A DNA stretch of 64,000 bases, taken from Dictyostelium discoideum. Lineage: Eukaryota. A program made the translations under genes and the position numbers. The stretch is taken from contig CM000152.2 of assembly GCA_000004695.1 (NCBI GenBank), positions 3,456,001 through 3,520,000 of the forward strand, written 5' to 3'. This document shows, in pieces, positions 1 to 11,714 of this stretch (within the stretch, counting starts at the first letter, position 1; each line of letters opens with the position of its first letter). Below the pieces are notes generated by a model. That model did no database searches. It was given only the letters and a program-made list of their open reading frames with translations, and was not told where the DNA came from.

Positions 1-18
1 ATTTATTTATTTATATAT

Positions 19-736
19 TTATATATTTATATATTTACTTACATTAATATTTAAATTTGTATAAGATGGTTCATGAGGAACATTATCACCAATTAATACA
101 AATGCTTTTGAAGTATGAGATGACCAAGATAATTGTTTTGCTTTTAGCAATGCATATTCATATGCTTCTGGACAATCACCTCCACTAGTTCTTGGAATCT
201 CTTTAATGAATGTTATAATATCACTTTCTTTTGAAGTTAAATCTAAAGTTTTAATTAAATTTTCACCATCACAATAATCTCCTAATCCCATTATACCAAT
301 TTTAATATTTGGTATATCTTTAATTAAACATTTAACAGTTTTTGTAACTTCTTTTCTTACATTTTCAATAATTGGATACATACTACCAGTTGTATCAAAA
401 CAAAACATAATTTCAACATCTGATGTAATTGATTCATTATTTTCAATAAATGATTTTAATAATCTATCATTTTCATCTTGAATTTCTTTTTCTTTTCTCT
501 TTTTTTCTTCTAAATAATTTGATGGTGATGATGTTGTTGTTGTTGTTGTTGTTGTTGTAGTTGGTGGAATTATAATTTCTTCAATTAATTTCATTTCAAC
601 CATATCACCATTATTTAATACACTTTGTAAAGATGATGAATTATTCAATTCAATTTCATTCTTTGATAAAACTATTCCATTAACTGATTTACTTTCTAAA
701 CCATCAATAACCTCTTGTAATGAATTTTTAATTTGG
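19..736 (-). CDS. Exon 2 of ubiquitin-like + vWA domain protein (von Willebrand A domain, MIDAS-like DTTGS)
   Basis: ORF 19..648 contains MFCFDTTGSM...GLGDYCDGE...GGDCPEAYEYAL, a vWA fold with a DxTxS metal site. The reading frame continues upstream to the acceptor ...ttttaaaacag|CC at 736/737. The 88-nt AT-rich intron spans 737-824. Stop is at 19-21. Confidence 0.75.
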
Positions 737-824
737 CTGTTTTAAAAAAATAAAATAATAATAAGATATGAGTGTTAGTAAATAAATAAATAAATAAAAA
801 GAGTAAATATGTATTTATAATTAC

Positions 825-1138
825 AATTTCAAAGTTGATATTTTTAATCCTTCATTATTTGGAACAAGAATTGGATATGATTTATCAAGATATTGAATTG
901 TTAATTTGAATTCTTTAATAATGATCATATGAACTGTACTCTCTGTTTTAATACCACATGCTCCAATCGTGTTTTTACTTGTACTATTTGATAAAACATC
1001 ACCAGCATATATTAATGAAAATTGAAATACTTTTTGACCTGATCTTTCTGCAACTTTATTGTATAATACATCAATTCCATCTTCTCTTTGAACATCCAAT
1101 GAAAATGTTATTGTTGAAGTTTTAACTAAAATTAACAT
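825..1138 (-). CDS. Exon 1 of ubiquitin-like + vWA domain protein (Ubl domain; start ATG at 1136-1138)
   Basis: ORF 821..1138 translates MLILVKTSTITF...IYAGDVL...KESTVHMII, the ubiquitin beta-grasp pattern (compare MQIFVKT...LIFAGKQL...KESTLHLVL). A minus-strand GTAATT donor lies just 5' of the in-frame stop and leaves phase 2 (tt), which matches the acceptor at 737. Confidence 0.75.
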
Positions 1139-1914
1139 TTTAAATATATTTATATATAATTTTTTTTTTTTTTTGTTAATATTAAATTTTATTTTAATAG
1201 TTGTTTAAATTAAAATATTAATTTTTTTTTTTTTTTACCTTTAAATAATAAAAAAAAAAAAAAAAAAAAATCTATTTATATGAAATTTTTTCTTTGAAAT
1301 TTTTTCTTTTTTTCTTTTTTTTTTTTTTTAGTTCCTTTGATTATTAATTTTTAATTCAAAAAAATAAATTATTGAAAATGTAAAGAGGTGTTTCCAAAAT
1401 TAGGATAATTATTTTTGATTTACTATTTACTTATTTTTTTGATTATTATTGATTATTACTATTTTTTTTTAAAAAAAGAAAAAAAAAAAAAAAAACCTTA
1501 GAAAAATTAAAATTAAAAATAAAAATATGGAAATAAAATTCCAAAAACTAAAAAATAAAAACAGTTATTTTTAAAAAAAAATTAAATTTAAAATAAAAAT
1601 AAATGTTTATGATTCAGTGGTAGTTTAATCACCTGACAATAACTTTATTTAAATTTGTTAGTTATTGCATAAGTGTAAATTATTATTGGTGGGAAAAAAT
1701 TTAAACCTCAAAAAAAAAAAAAAAATAAAAAATAAAAAAAAAAAAAAACCAACACAAAAAAAAAAAAAAAAAATAAAATGGAAATTTAATTTTTTTTTTT
1801 TTTTTTTTTTTTTTTCACCGATCAGTAAATACAATTGTTAACACATATAGAAATTTTAAAATTTTATCTTTATTTCTAAAAAAAAATAACAATAACATAT
1901 TGATAAAGTAAAAT

Positions 1915-1963
1915 ATGGTTAACCCTCAAGTAATTGGTTATATTGGTGCAGCAGTTGCATCAT
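1915..1963 (+). CDS. Exon 1 of TMEM144-like multi-pass membrane protein (MVNPQVIGYIGAAVAS-)
   Basis: ATG at 1915, GTATGT donor at 1964. Spliced N-terminus ...GYIGAAVASLFFGSNYVPVKNY resembles the conserved TMEM144 N-terminus (...GY.A...S.LFFGSNFVPVKK). Confidence 0.65.
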
Positions 1964-1969
1964 GTATGT

Positions 1970-2007
<38 letters not shown>

Positions 2008-2083
2008 CATATATCTTTGAATTAAACACTAACTTATCTACTTTTTTTTTTTTTTTTTTTTTTTTTTTATTTCTTCTTTATAG

Positions 2084-2104
2084 TATTTTTTGGTTCAAAT
2101 TATG
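2084..2104 (+). CDS. Exon 2 (21-nt micro-exon, LFFGSNY) of TMEM144-like gene
   Basis: Poly-T tract + tatag acceptor at 2083; GTATGT donor at 2105. Phase is consistent with exons 1 and 3. Confidence 0.6.
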
Positions 2105-2428
2105 GTATGTATTTTTTATTTTTTTATTTTTTTTTAATTTTATTTTCAAAATTATAAAACTCATTTAACTAATCAAACCTATTTATTTATTTCAAAAACG
2201 CAACCCCTAAAAAAAAAAAAAAAAAAAAAAATGACAATGTCAATTGATTACCTGGTATCCCAAATGCCACGATTTTTTTTTTTTTTCATTTTTTTTTTAT
2301 TTTTATTTTTATTTTTATTTTTATTTTTTATTTTGCCTGGAAAAAAAAAAAAAAAAAAATGAAATTTCGCCAACAATCAAAAATCATCAAAAATAATCAA
2401 ACATATATTATTAATTATTTAATTATGA

Positions 2429-2477
<49 letters not shown>

Positions 2478-2478
2478 G

Positions 2479-3485
2479 TTCCAGTAAAGAATTATCCAAC
2501 AGGTAATGGTTTAGCATTTACATGGGTAATGAGTGTTGGTACATTAGTAGTTGCATATTGTGCAATGTTTATATCAAAAGATTATATATTTGACCCATGG
2601 GGATTATTAGGTGGTACATTATGGTCAATTGGTAATTTTTGCGTTATTCCAATTGTAAAAACCATTGGTATTGGTCTTGGTTTATTGTTATGGTGTTGTT
2701 CAAGTATTATCACAGGTTATTTCACAGGTAAATTCGGATGGTTTGGAATAGACAAACAAAAGGTATCACATCCAGCATTAAATTGGATTGGTTTCGCATG
2801 TATTGTAGCGGCTGTAATTTTCTTCTTTTTCATTGAACCTACAATCGAAGAGAAAGACGAACATTCCTACTCATCAATTGTAGACGACTCGGAAATTGGT
2901 AATAACGGAATCGACAACAATGGCTATAACTCAATTAATAACAACAACAATAATGGAAATAATAAACGTAGAAGTGGGGCATTTAATAAGCAGCCAAAGA
3001 AATCCATTTTTGAGAGAATGCCACCACCATATAATACAATATTGGGCATAGTTTTATCAGTTTTCTCTGGTATTATGTATGGTGTTAATATGGTACCAAT
3101 GCAATTATGGAAACAAAGTAACGTGGATGCATCACCACTATCATTTGTATTTTGTCATTTCTCTGGTATCTTTTTAGCAAATACCGCTGTGTTTATAGTT
3201 TATTCAATTATTGTACGTCCACCACAAATTTTCCCACAAACTATTTTCCCTTCATTTTTCTCTGGTTTACTTTGGGGTATTGCAAATGTTGGTCTAATGG
3301 TTGCAACTCAAAACTTGGGTTATACAATTGGTTTTCCAATGGGTTCTGGTGGTCCAATGATTGTATCTTCACTTTGGAGTGTTTTTTATTTCCGTGAAAT
3401 TCAAGGTGTAAAAAATTTATTAATTTTATTAATATCATTTATATTCCTTGGTGCTGGTATTACAATTTTAGCTTTATCTCACTAA
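2479..3485 (+). CDS. Exon 3 of TMEM144-like ~10-TM protein
   Basis: ORF 2529..3485 (318 aa) is highly hydrophobic with multiple TM helices. The frame extends back to the aaatag acceptor at 2478 (VPVKNYPTGNG...). Stop TAA at 3483-3485. Confidence 0.8.
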
Positions 3486-3591
3486 TAAATAATAATAGTA
3501 ATAATAATAATAATAAAAATAAAATAAAACTATAAAAAAATATTGTAATTATTGTTTTTTTTATTTTTATTTATTTTATTTTTATTTTGTT

Positions 3592-4062
3592 TTATTTATT
3601 AATTAAATTCATTGTAAAATCAGAACCTTTTTCTAACCACATAATAGAATAACGAGAAGCTTTATCAATTGATTCTTTTAATAAATGTTCCTTTTCACGT
3701 GAGAATTTCTTTAAAACAAAGTTTGAACGAATTTCACCAGCATTTGGAACACCAACACCAAATTTTATACGTGAAAACTTTTCAGTACCTAAACGAGAGA
3801 TAACACTCTCAATACCTTTTTGACCTGCGCTACCACCTTTAGTTCTCATTTTAATTACACCAATATCTGTGGAAATATCATCAACTAATACTAAAATATT
3901 TTGAAGTGGTACATTATATTTCTGTTGAATCGTTCTTAATGGATTACCACTTGCATTCATATATGTCATTGGTTTTAAAAGTATAACTTGATTAATTACT
4001 TTTTTTGGTTTTTTAATTGAACTTAAATCAATTTCTTCTTCTTCTTCTTCTTTTTCTTCTTT

Positions 4063-4127
<65 letters not shown>

Positions 4128-4622
4128 GAATATTTACAGGTGATTCTTGTGTAGTATTAGTAGTAGTTGTTGATGTTGATGATAATTCTTGTTCTTGTTG
4201 TTTAATAAATTGATTTTTAAGTAATTCAAGTTGTTTTGAATGATTTAACTTTTTTTCATTACGATTTGATTCTCTTTGTTTACTTGATAATTTTTCATCC
4301 AATTTTAAATATACAGTTGTGTAGAGAGAATGTTTGGCATTTTGATCCAAATTACAATCAAGTAATTCACAAAGATGATCGATTGCAGAGAAACCAATAT
4401 TATGTCTTGTATTTACATACTCTGTACCAGGATTACCTAAACCAACAATAATATATCTATTCTTTACTTTAACTGGTTCACTTGGTTCTGATGTTTTAAT
4501 TAATGTTGGATCTAATGTTTTTTCAATAATAAATTGACTACTTGGTATATATTTTGGTATAGTCTTCATATTAGTTGTTAACATTGATATAAATTTTTGA
4601 TTTTTAATAATATTATTTTGAG

Positions 4623-4694
<72 letters not shown>

Positions 4695-4950
4695 GGTGTT
4701 GTTGGTGTGGTGATTTTAAAGTTTCATTTTCAATTGACGATATTGGTATAAAAGATTGTGGTGCTAAATTATTATTATCATTATGAATTATGTTTGGAGT
4801 GATGGTACAATAGTTTGATTTTTTGAAATTATTATTATTATTATTATTATTATTGTTCACATTTAATAGAATTGAATTCAAGGGTGGAGAATAAAATTTT
4901 AATAAACCTTTTCTATTATTATTATTTCTTAGGATAAATAGTGATTTCAT
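3592..4950 (-). CDS. Peptidyl-tRNA hydrolase (Pth/PTRH1 family) with long poly-Q/poly-N insertions
   Basis: Contains RYIIVGLGNPGTEYVNTRHNIGF, MTYMNASGNPL and GGSAGQKGIES, which are canonical Pth motifs (GLGNPG.EY..TRHN.GF). Two (CAA)n tracts give poly-Q runs of about 30 residues. Single exon. Confidence 0.85.
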
Positions 4951-5196
4951 TATTTTATTAATAGTTCCACTATTATTTACTAAACTATTAATAACTTTAC
5001 TAATTGAATATAAATAAATAAAAACAAATAAATAATAAACTAATATGTGGTAGTACAGTTTAAAAATTTTTTTTTTTTTATTTTAAAATTTTAATTTATT
5101 TTATTTTTTGGTTTTAAAATATTTTAATTAAATTTACAGCAAAAACAAAAAAAAAAAAAAAAAAAAAAATCAAATAATTCGTTTCACACACTTTTT

Positions 5197-5229
<33 letters not shown>

Positions 5230-5451
5230 TATTTTTTTGGTGTTTTGTTATTTTTTTTTTTTTATTTTTTTAATTTTTTTTTTTTTTTTTTTTTTTTCAA
5301 CCTTCAACTGCACTTGTAAAGTGAATTTCAACAATTTTAAATTAAATATTTTTTTTTTATAGGAATTTATTGGTGGTCAACGTAAAAAAAAAAACAAAAA
5401 AAACAAACAAGTTAACATATATATATATATATTCATATAGAAAAGAAAAGA

Positions 5452-5470
5452 CATGTCAAAGAGTGTATTT
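5452..5470 (+). CDS. Exon 1 of cleavage stimulation factor 64 kDa subunit (CstF-64/CSTF2) orthologue (MSKSVF-)
   Basis: ATG at 5452, GTAAGT donor at 5471. Splicing gives ...[11 protein letters not shown], matching the CstF-64 N-terminus [15 protein letters not shown]. Confidence 0.8.
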
Positions 5471-5702
5471 GGTAAGTTTTAAAAGAAAAAAAAAATATTA
5501 TGAACCACTGACCCACACGTAATTGGATTAGTAGTAATAAAATTTCAAAAATTAATTAAAATCTACAAACTATATATGTTAATAACATTAATAATTTCTT
5601 ATTTTTTCTTATTTTTTTTCATCTTATAATTATAAAATATTTTATTATTTATAATATTATTTTATAAATAATATTGTTTTCTAAATATTGTTTTATTTTA
5701 TT

Positions 5703-5705
5703 TTA

Positions 5706-5799
<94 letters not shown>

Positions 5800-5800
5800 T
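5703..5800. repeat. (ATT)n microsatellite, about 33 units, inside CstF-64 intron 1
   Basis: Direct observation. Confidence 0.95.
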
Positions 5801-5825
5801 TTGTTTTTTTTTTTATTTTTATTAG

Positions 5826-6010
5826 TTGGAAATATTCCATACGAAGCAAATGAAAAAGATTTAATTGAAATATTTTCAGGTGTTGGTAAAGTTGTTTCAT
5901 TTAGATTATTAGAAGATAAAGATTCAAAAAAATCTAAAGGTTATGGTTTTTGTGAATATGAAAATGTTGATAATGCATTATCAGCAATTAGAAATTATAT
6001 GTTGTTTACT
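5826..6010 (+). CDS. Exon 2 of CstF-64 orthologue (RRM domain)
   Basis: [57 protein letters not shown] is near-identical in pattern to the human CstF-64 RRM ([56 protein letters not shown]). The 355-nt intron 1 carries an (ATT)n~33 microsatellite. GTAAAT donor at 6011. Confidence 0.8.
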
Positions 6011-6638
6011 GTAAATAAAAAAGAAAAAAAAAAAAATATATATATAGTTTAAGACACACAACAGAGATTGACAGCAAATCTTTTGACAGAAACGATTTAT
6101 ATACCATTTTTATGTTTTGTCGCAAAAGAGATGTCAATATCAATATTATCAACACCCACTCATATGAAATATAAATTTATGAATGCGTATTATTTTCTTC
6201 TTTTATCAATTAGAAATTGATTATCCACCTCCTCCTCTTCCCACCATGATTATCATGATTATAATGATTATCATCTCAATTTTCAATCAATAATATAAAT
6301 GAATTTCTTTATTGTATGAATGATATCAATTTTTTTTTGCATTATGATTTCATACAAGATTCATATTTTATTTTTCCCTTAATTGGGAATGTAATTTATA
6401 TTATAAAAAGACTAGAGAGAAAAAGGACAGGTGGAGAAAAAAAATAAATTGATAAAAGAGAAAATAGAAGGGAGTTGCATTTATTCATCTTTTTATATTC
6501 ATATGGGTGAGAGAGATTATTGTATATATGGGTATCTACTTTATTTTCCTTTTTTATTTTCCTTTTTTATTTTCCTTTTTTATTTTATTTTTATTTTTTT
6601 ATTTTTTTTTTTTCTAAATTACACTAAATAATATAGAG

Positions 6639-8060
6639 TTTGGTAATAGAGTACTTAGGGTATCATATGCAGATAATGAAAAAGCAAGTGAAATGCAAAT
6701 GTTAATGCAACAACAAATGGGAAATACAGGTGGTCAAATGATACCAAATGATCCAAGAATTCAACATGGTGCTCAAAATCAACAACAAAACCAGCAACAA
6801 CAACAGAATCAACAACAACAAAATCAGCAACAATGGAGAGGAAATGATATACAGCAACAACAACAACAACAACAACAACAACATATTAATCAACAACAAA
6901 ATCAACAACAACAAAATCAACAACAAAATCAACAACAACAACAACAACAATTATCACCACAACAAACAAAGAATGCAATACAAAATATTATAGAAAGTAC
7001 AAATCCAGCTCAATTATTTGAAATGTTGAGTAATATGAAAAGTTTTGTTCAACATCAACCAGATCAAGCAATATCTATACTGATTAATTATCCTCAAATG
7101 GGTTTAGCATTACTTCATGCTCAAGTAGTTTTAGGTATGATTTCTCAAAATGCTGCCACTCAAATTTTATTAAGTAATCCAAAGAATCAACAACCACAAC
7201 AACAACAACAACAACAACAACCACAACCACAACAACAACCACAACCACAAAACTTTAATCAATCACCAACAATGTATAATAATCAAAATAATAATCAAAT
7301 GATGGGAATGCAACAAGGTAATATGGGAGGTCCGCAAGGTAATCAAATGATGGGTATGGGTGGTAATAATATGGGTATGGGTGTTGGTGCTGTCAATAAT
7401 GGCCCACAAACTAATCAAATGATGGGTGGTAATAATATGGGTATGGGTGGTCCACAAGGTGGTAATATGGGTAATAATATGAATAATATGGGTAATAATA
7501 TGGGTGGTAATAATATGGGTAATAATATGAATAATATGGGTAATATGGGTAATATGGGTAATATGGGTAATATGGGTAATATGGGCAACATGGGTAATAT
7601 GGGTAATATGGGTAATATGAATATGGGTAGTATGGGTAATAATAATATGAATAATATGAACCAACAACAACGACAACAACAACAACAACAACAACAAGGT
7701 GGAAATAATATGAATATGGGTAATATGGGTAATAATATGAATAATATGAATATGAATAATAATATGAATAATAATATGAATAATAATATGAATAATATGA
7801 ATAATATGAATAATATGATGAATAATATGAATAATATGGGTAATATGGGTAATATGATGAATCAACAACAACAAGGTGGTAGTATCCCACCTCCACCTGG
7901 TTTATCACCTGTTGCAATGGCAAGTTGGAATCAATTAGGTGATAAATATAAACAATTCGCAAGTTATGTTTTAAGTCTCACCCAACAACAAATTGATCAA
8001 GTTCCTGAGAGTCAAAGACCTCAAATCATTAAAATCAGACAACAATTTGGTAGAAATTAA
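6639..8060 (+). CDS. Exon 3 of CstF-64 orthologue (hinge domain, Gly/Asn/Met repeat region, conserved C-terminal domain)
   Basis: FGNRVLRVSYADNEK matches the end of the RRM. PAQLFEMLSNMKSFVQHQPDQAISILINYPQMGLALLHAQVVLGMI is the CstF-64 hinge. The C-terminus QQQIDQVPESQRPQIIKIRQQ matches the conserved C-terminal domain (LT.DQI..LPPEQRQSIL.LKEQI). ORF 6693..8060. Confidence 0.85.
   Translation, partial: FGNRVLRVSYADNEKASEMQMLMQQQMGNTGGQMIPNDPRIQHGAQNQQQNQQQQQNQQQQNQQQWRGNDIQQQQQQQQQQHINQQQNQQQQNQQQNQQQQQQQLSPQQTKNAIQNIIESTNPAQLFEMLSNMKSFVQHQPDQAISILINYPQMGLALLHAQVVLGMISQNAATQILLSNPKNQQPQQQQQQQQPQPQQQPQPQNFNQSPTMYNNQNNNQMMGMQQGNMGGPQGNQMMGMGGNNMGMGVGAVNNGPQTNQMMGGNNMGMGGPQGGNMGNNMNNMGNNMGGNNMGNNMNNMGNMGNMGNMGNMGNMGNMGNMGNMGNMNMGSMGNNNMNNMNQQQRQQQQQQQQGGNNMNMGNMGNNMNNMNMNNNMNNNMNNNMNNMNNMNNMMNNMNNMGNMGNMMNQQQQGGSIPPPPGLSPVAMASWNQLGDKYKQFASYVLSLTQQQIDQVPESQRPQIIKIRQQFGRN
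7540..7625. repeat. (GGTAATATG)n 9-nt coding minisatellite (GNM peptide repeat) within CstF-64
   Basis: ggtaatatgggtaatatgggtaatatg..., about 9 units with one synonymous variant (ggcaacatg). Confidence 0.9.
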
Positions 8061-8215
8061 AAATAAATAAATAAAAAAAAAAAATAATAAAAATTAAACT
8101 ATAGATCTTTAAAAAAAAAAAAAAAAAAGATAAATTTATTAAAAATATTAATTATGACAAAACAAACTGTCACATTTTATTTTATTGTTTTGTTTTTTTA
8201 TTATTATTATTATTA

Positions 8216-8569
8216 TTATAATTTAATATTAAAACCAAATTTATGAAAAAGTTGATCTTTTTCAATTGAACTATAATTTAAAGAAATAATTATTGATAAA
8301 CTTTTACCACTGGTTTTATTCCTTATGAAATCCAAGTTTTGAGGATGGTGGTTAGTTATACAATTAACCAATTCTGAATATAATATTCTTTTACAAATAA
8401 CACTACAACTATTTTTCAATAAATACAATTGAAATAATATTAAAGCTCTGTCACAAAAAACTTGATTATCTAATTTCTTACCATTACTTTGAAAATTAAA
8501 TAAATTGAAAAATTTATAATTTTTAAATTTACCAATACCAAATACCAATTCTAGTGAATAATTTTCAAA

Positions 8570-8647
<78 letters not shown>

Positions 8648-10556
8648 TGAATTATTATTATTAATTGATAATTTTATAAAATTTTCTAATAATTTAAAGA
8701 AAGAATTATTTGGTGGCCATTCTATTGTTAAAAAATTTAAATTTAATAAAATCGAATTTATTAATTTAAAATTATAATTTAAACAAATTTCTAATAAAGA
8801 ATTTGTTTGTTTAACTTTAGTTAATTTTAAAATTTTTTTTAATAATTTTAAATTTCCAATCTCTAAACAATCTTTAAAAATTTGATAGAAAATATGATCG
8901 GGTGTAGTTTTTATTATATTTAAAGAGTTTTTATTGAAATCCATATAATCTGGAATACTTGATGGTAAATTTGATTTTGTGGGATGATAATTGATTGAAT
9001 AATAATTATTTAAGAAATGATTTAATTTCAAATCAAAGAAATTTGTAATTTTTGAAATGTTTTCAATGTATTTTTTCCTTTTGATTGGATTTAATGGTAA
9101 TTTTCTATTATTTACAATATGGAATAATGATCTATTAAAATTTTCATATTTTATAATTTTATTATTAATAATTGGTAAAACTAAATCGAATAGGTATTGA
9201 TAACCATTATGTTTATCAGTTGGTAATGATTTAAATAATAGGTCTAAATAAAGTTTTAAAGATTCTTCTTGATGATTCTCTTCATTGCCACCAAGGTACA
9301 TTTCACCAATGTTTATCATGAATGTTACCATCTTCTCAAAACCTAAATCAACCGCTTCAAGTAATCTCATTTTGTCGAATCCAAAAGCAACTAAATAAAA
9401 TCCAAACAATTCTAAATTTTCATTCATAACTTTACATCTAAAGAAATCTATATTAATCAATTGAGAATTCAATAAAAGATGATTATTAAAATCAGATTCT
9501 TTATCTCTAATACATTTATATTTGAATATAATATTATTCTTCATTTTATCCAATGATAAATTATTTCTATTTAATAATTCTAAAACATAATCTGAATAAT
9601 ATGGACCATTAACTGTAACTGATGATTTTTGATTAATTGTAAATAATTCATCTGATACAACTTTTTCAACCATAACCTTATATAATGGTAACATTAAATC
9701 ATCAGTACCATTAAATATACTAATATCAATTTCTAAATTTCTTAATGTATTAATTGAAATTTTAAATCCATAAATTTCAATTATTGATAATTGTATATTA
9801 TTATTATTACAATTTGTTGTAGTTGCAGTTGGTGTCCAAATAAATTTTGATAAAATTAATTTTAATATTTCTAAATTATTCATTCTAATAGTTGTATTTA
9901 TTAGACGTGAGAAATTGAAACCATTACAATTTGAAATTGTATTTTTAAAGAAAGAATATTGTCTTGGTTTTGGTTTATCTTGTGTTTGAGGATTACAAAG
10001 TTCTAAATTTTTAAAAATTCTATCAGGTAAAAGACTAAAGAATGCAGAAATTAATTGATTATTTGATTGAGTTTTATTAATTGATTCAATGATATTATTG
10101 AAAATAAAAGTGTCTGTAAACTCTTTGAAAAAGGTTATTCTATATTTTAAATTACCATTTTCATCAAATTCAAATAAATAATTAAACATTTTCATTGACA
10201 TTTCTGTTGTTGCTTTTTTAAAGAAATTTTCAATCCAATCAGTTTTACATTCTTCATATATTCCTCCTACTCCTCCTCCTACTCCTTCTTTTTCAATTAT
10301 ATTATTTATATTGGTTTCTTTTAAAATATATTCTAAAATCTCTACATTAACACCATTTTCAATAATTAAAATTTGAATATATTTATTTATAGTTTTTGCA
10401 TTTAATTCTTTTAATTTTATTGAAAATGTATTAATAAATTCTATAAATGTTGATAAATCTAAATCTTTCCATTCTAATAATAATTCAAAATCTTTGGAAT
10501 TAAATTCAACATAATATTTATAAATATCATTTATTTCAATATTATCATTATTATTA

Positions 10557-10645
<89 letters not shown>

Positions 10646-10870
10646 TAAATTATTTGAATTATTATTATTAATAAATTTTGAAAAAAGATTTAATTTTTCT
10701 ATTAACAGTTGTTTATTTCTTGTTTTTATTATAAAGTCCAGTGGAGCATCATAAAAACTATATCTTATGTATTTTAATTTTTTATTGGAAATTTTAATTT
10801 CATGAAAAATTTTTATCCTTAGATATTTATTTCTATATATGATTAAAAATAGATCTGTTTTATTACTCAT
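8216..10870 (-). CDS. Large hypothetical protein (~884 aa) with poly-N tracts; lineage-specific family
   Basis: Long minus ORF (track 8216..11029). The real start is probably ATG at 10870 (MSNKTDLFLIIYRNKYLRIKIFHEI...). The track's poly-F N-terminus comes from translating the upstream poly-A. No recognisable domain. It is paralogous to the fragmented ORFs at 21222-23301 (YLRIKIFHEIKISNKKLKYI vs YIRKINFNYIFEKKIKYMI). Confidence 0.65.
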
Positions 10871-10934
10871 TCTTATACCAAAAAAAAAAATAAAAAAAAA
10901 TAAAAATAAAAAAAAACTAAAAATAAAAAAAAAA

Positions 10935-10976
<42 letters not shown>

Positions 10977-11319
10977 TTTCTAACCAAAGTTGAGAAAAAA
11001 ATAAAAAAAAAAATTTGGCTACCAATCAATCACGTGTAATCACTTTCGGAATTAATTTACAATAAAATGATTTTTCATTATCTTCACTAGTGCAATCAAA
11101 TTTTTTTTTTTTTAAAAAGTTCAAAATATTTTTTTTATATTTTATTTTTTTTTTTTTTTTATTTTTGATATGATTATTACAAAAAACAGAAATTCATTTA
11201 CAAGTTGGATATTTTTTTTAAGGTTTATCGTTATTTTTTTTTTTTTTTTTTTTTTTTTGTTTTTTTTTTTTTTTTTTTTTTTTTTCTATTTTTTTTATTT
11301 AGATTTCTAAAAATAAAAA

Positions 11320-11407
11320 ATGAAAGTATTATTTTATTGTTGTATATTATTATTATTTGCTAATTTATTAATATTGGTTACTAGTGTAAAATTAAAAGAT
11401 GGCGAAT
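11320..11407 (+). CDS. Exon 1 (signal peptide) of LRR / EGF-like / type-I transmembrane surface glycoprotein
   Basis: ATG at 11320. MKVLFYCCILLLFANLLILVTSVKLKDGE is a hydrophobic signal peptide. Donor GTGTGT at 11408; this boundary is tentative. Confidence 0.45.
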
Positions 11408-11487
11408 GTGTGTATATCTCTTTATTTTATTTTATTATTTTTTTATATCATTTTTATTAATTAATTTTTTTTTTTTTTAATATAAAG

Positions 11488-11611
11488 ATGTTTGTTCTTT
11501 TAATTTATTTTCAAAACTACATATGTTGGGGAATGTAGCTACTGTGGGTGATTATTATGATTTTTGTAATTCAGGTAGATTGACTTGTAGTAATGATACT
11601 GCCACATATTT
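11488..11611 (+). CDS. Exon 2 of LRR/EGF-like surface protein
   Basis: Acceptor ataaag at 11487; open frame VCSFNLFSKLHMLGNVATVGDYYDFCNSGRLTCSNDTATY; GTAAGA donor at 11612. Confidence 0.5.
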
Positions 11612-11714
11612 GTAAGATTATATTTATTTTTATTTTATTTATTTTTATTTATTTTTATTGATTTATTTATATTTATTTATTTATTATTATTTTATTATTT
11701 TTTTTATACCTTAG

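Noticed and set aside
1611-1700. tRNA-like fragment (gattcagtggtagtttaatc) and a 7-bp inverted repeat (caataac ... gttattg) upstream of the TMEM144-like gene
   Set aside because: There is an AGTGGTAG D-loop-like string, but no acceptor stem, anticodon arm or GTTCGAATC T-arm. I found no credible cloverleaf, so a tRNA call is not supportable.
1962-2168. ORF 1962..2168 and similar ORFs with poly-K/poly-F products (10839..11039, 33104..33298, 33192..33389, 33765..33971, 43365..43604, 50652..50915, 57533..57721, 60919..61101, 62924..63127)
   Set aside because: These are translations of A/T homopolymer and A-rich intergenic or intronic DNA. 1962..2168 overlaps intron 1 of the TMEM144-like gene. 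None carries a domain or codon structure.
3152-3438. ORFs 3152..3397 (+) and 3241..3438 (-) overlapping the TMEM144-like exon 3
   Set aside because: Alternate-frame or antisense ORFs inside a well-supported membrane-protein CDS.
6241-6260. tcccaccat as a possible DUSE ncRNA promoter element ([AT]CCCA[CT]AA) inside CstF-64 intron 2
   Set aside because: It does not match the consensus (CCCACCA, not CCCA[CT]AA), and no convincing Class I RNA motif (CCTTACAGCAA) lies at the expected distance downstream. Only ACAGCAA occurs at about 6075, which is upstream rather than downstream.
6702-7962. Minus-strand ORFs 6702..6950 (poly-L), 7263..7874 (HI/IT repeats) and 7411..7962 (YYS/YYP repeats)
   Set aside because: They are antisense translations of the (CAA)n and (GGTAATATG)n coding repeats of the CstF-64 gene on the plus strand. 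They are low-complexity mirror images, not genes.
10871-11029. N-terminal 53 residues (poly-F) of track ORF 8216..11029, and likewise 49119..49277 of ORF 48717..49277
   Set aside because: The upstream poly-A tract reads as poly-F on the minus strand. The first in-context ATGs are at 10870 and 49118 respectively, and the ABCC paralogue alignment confirms the latter.
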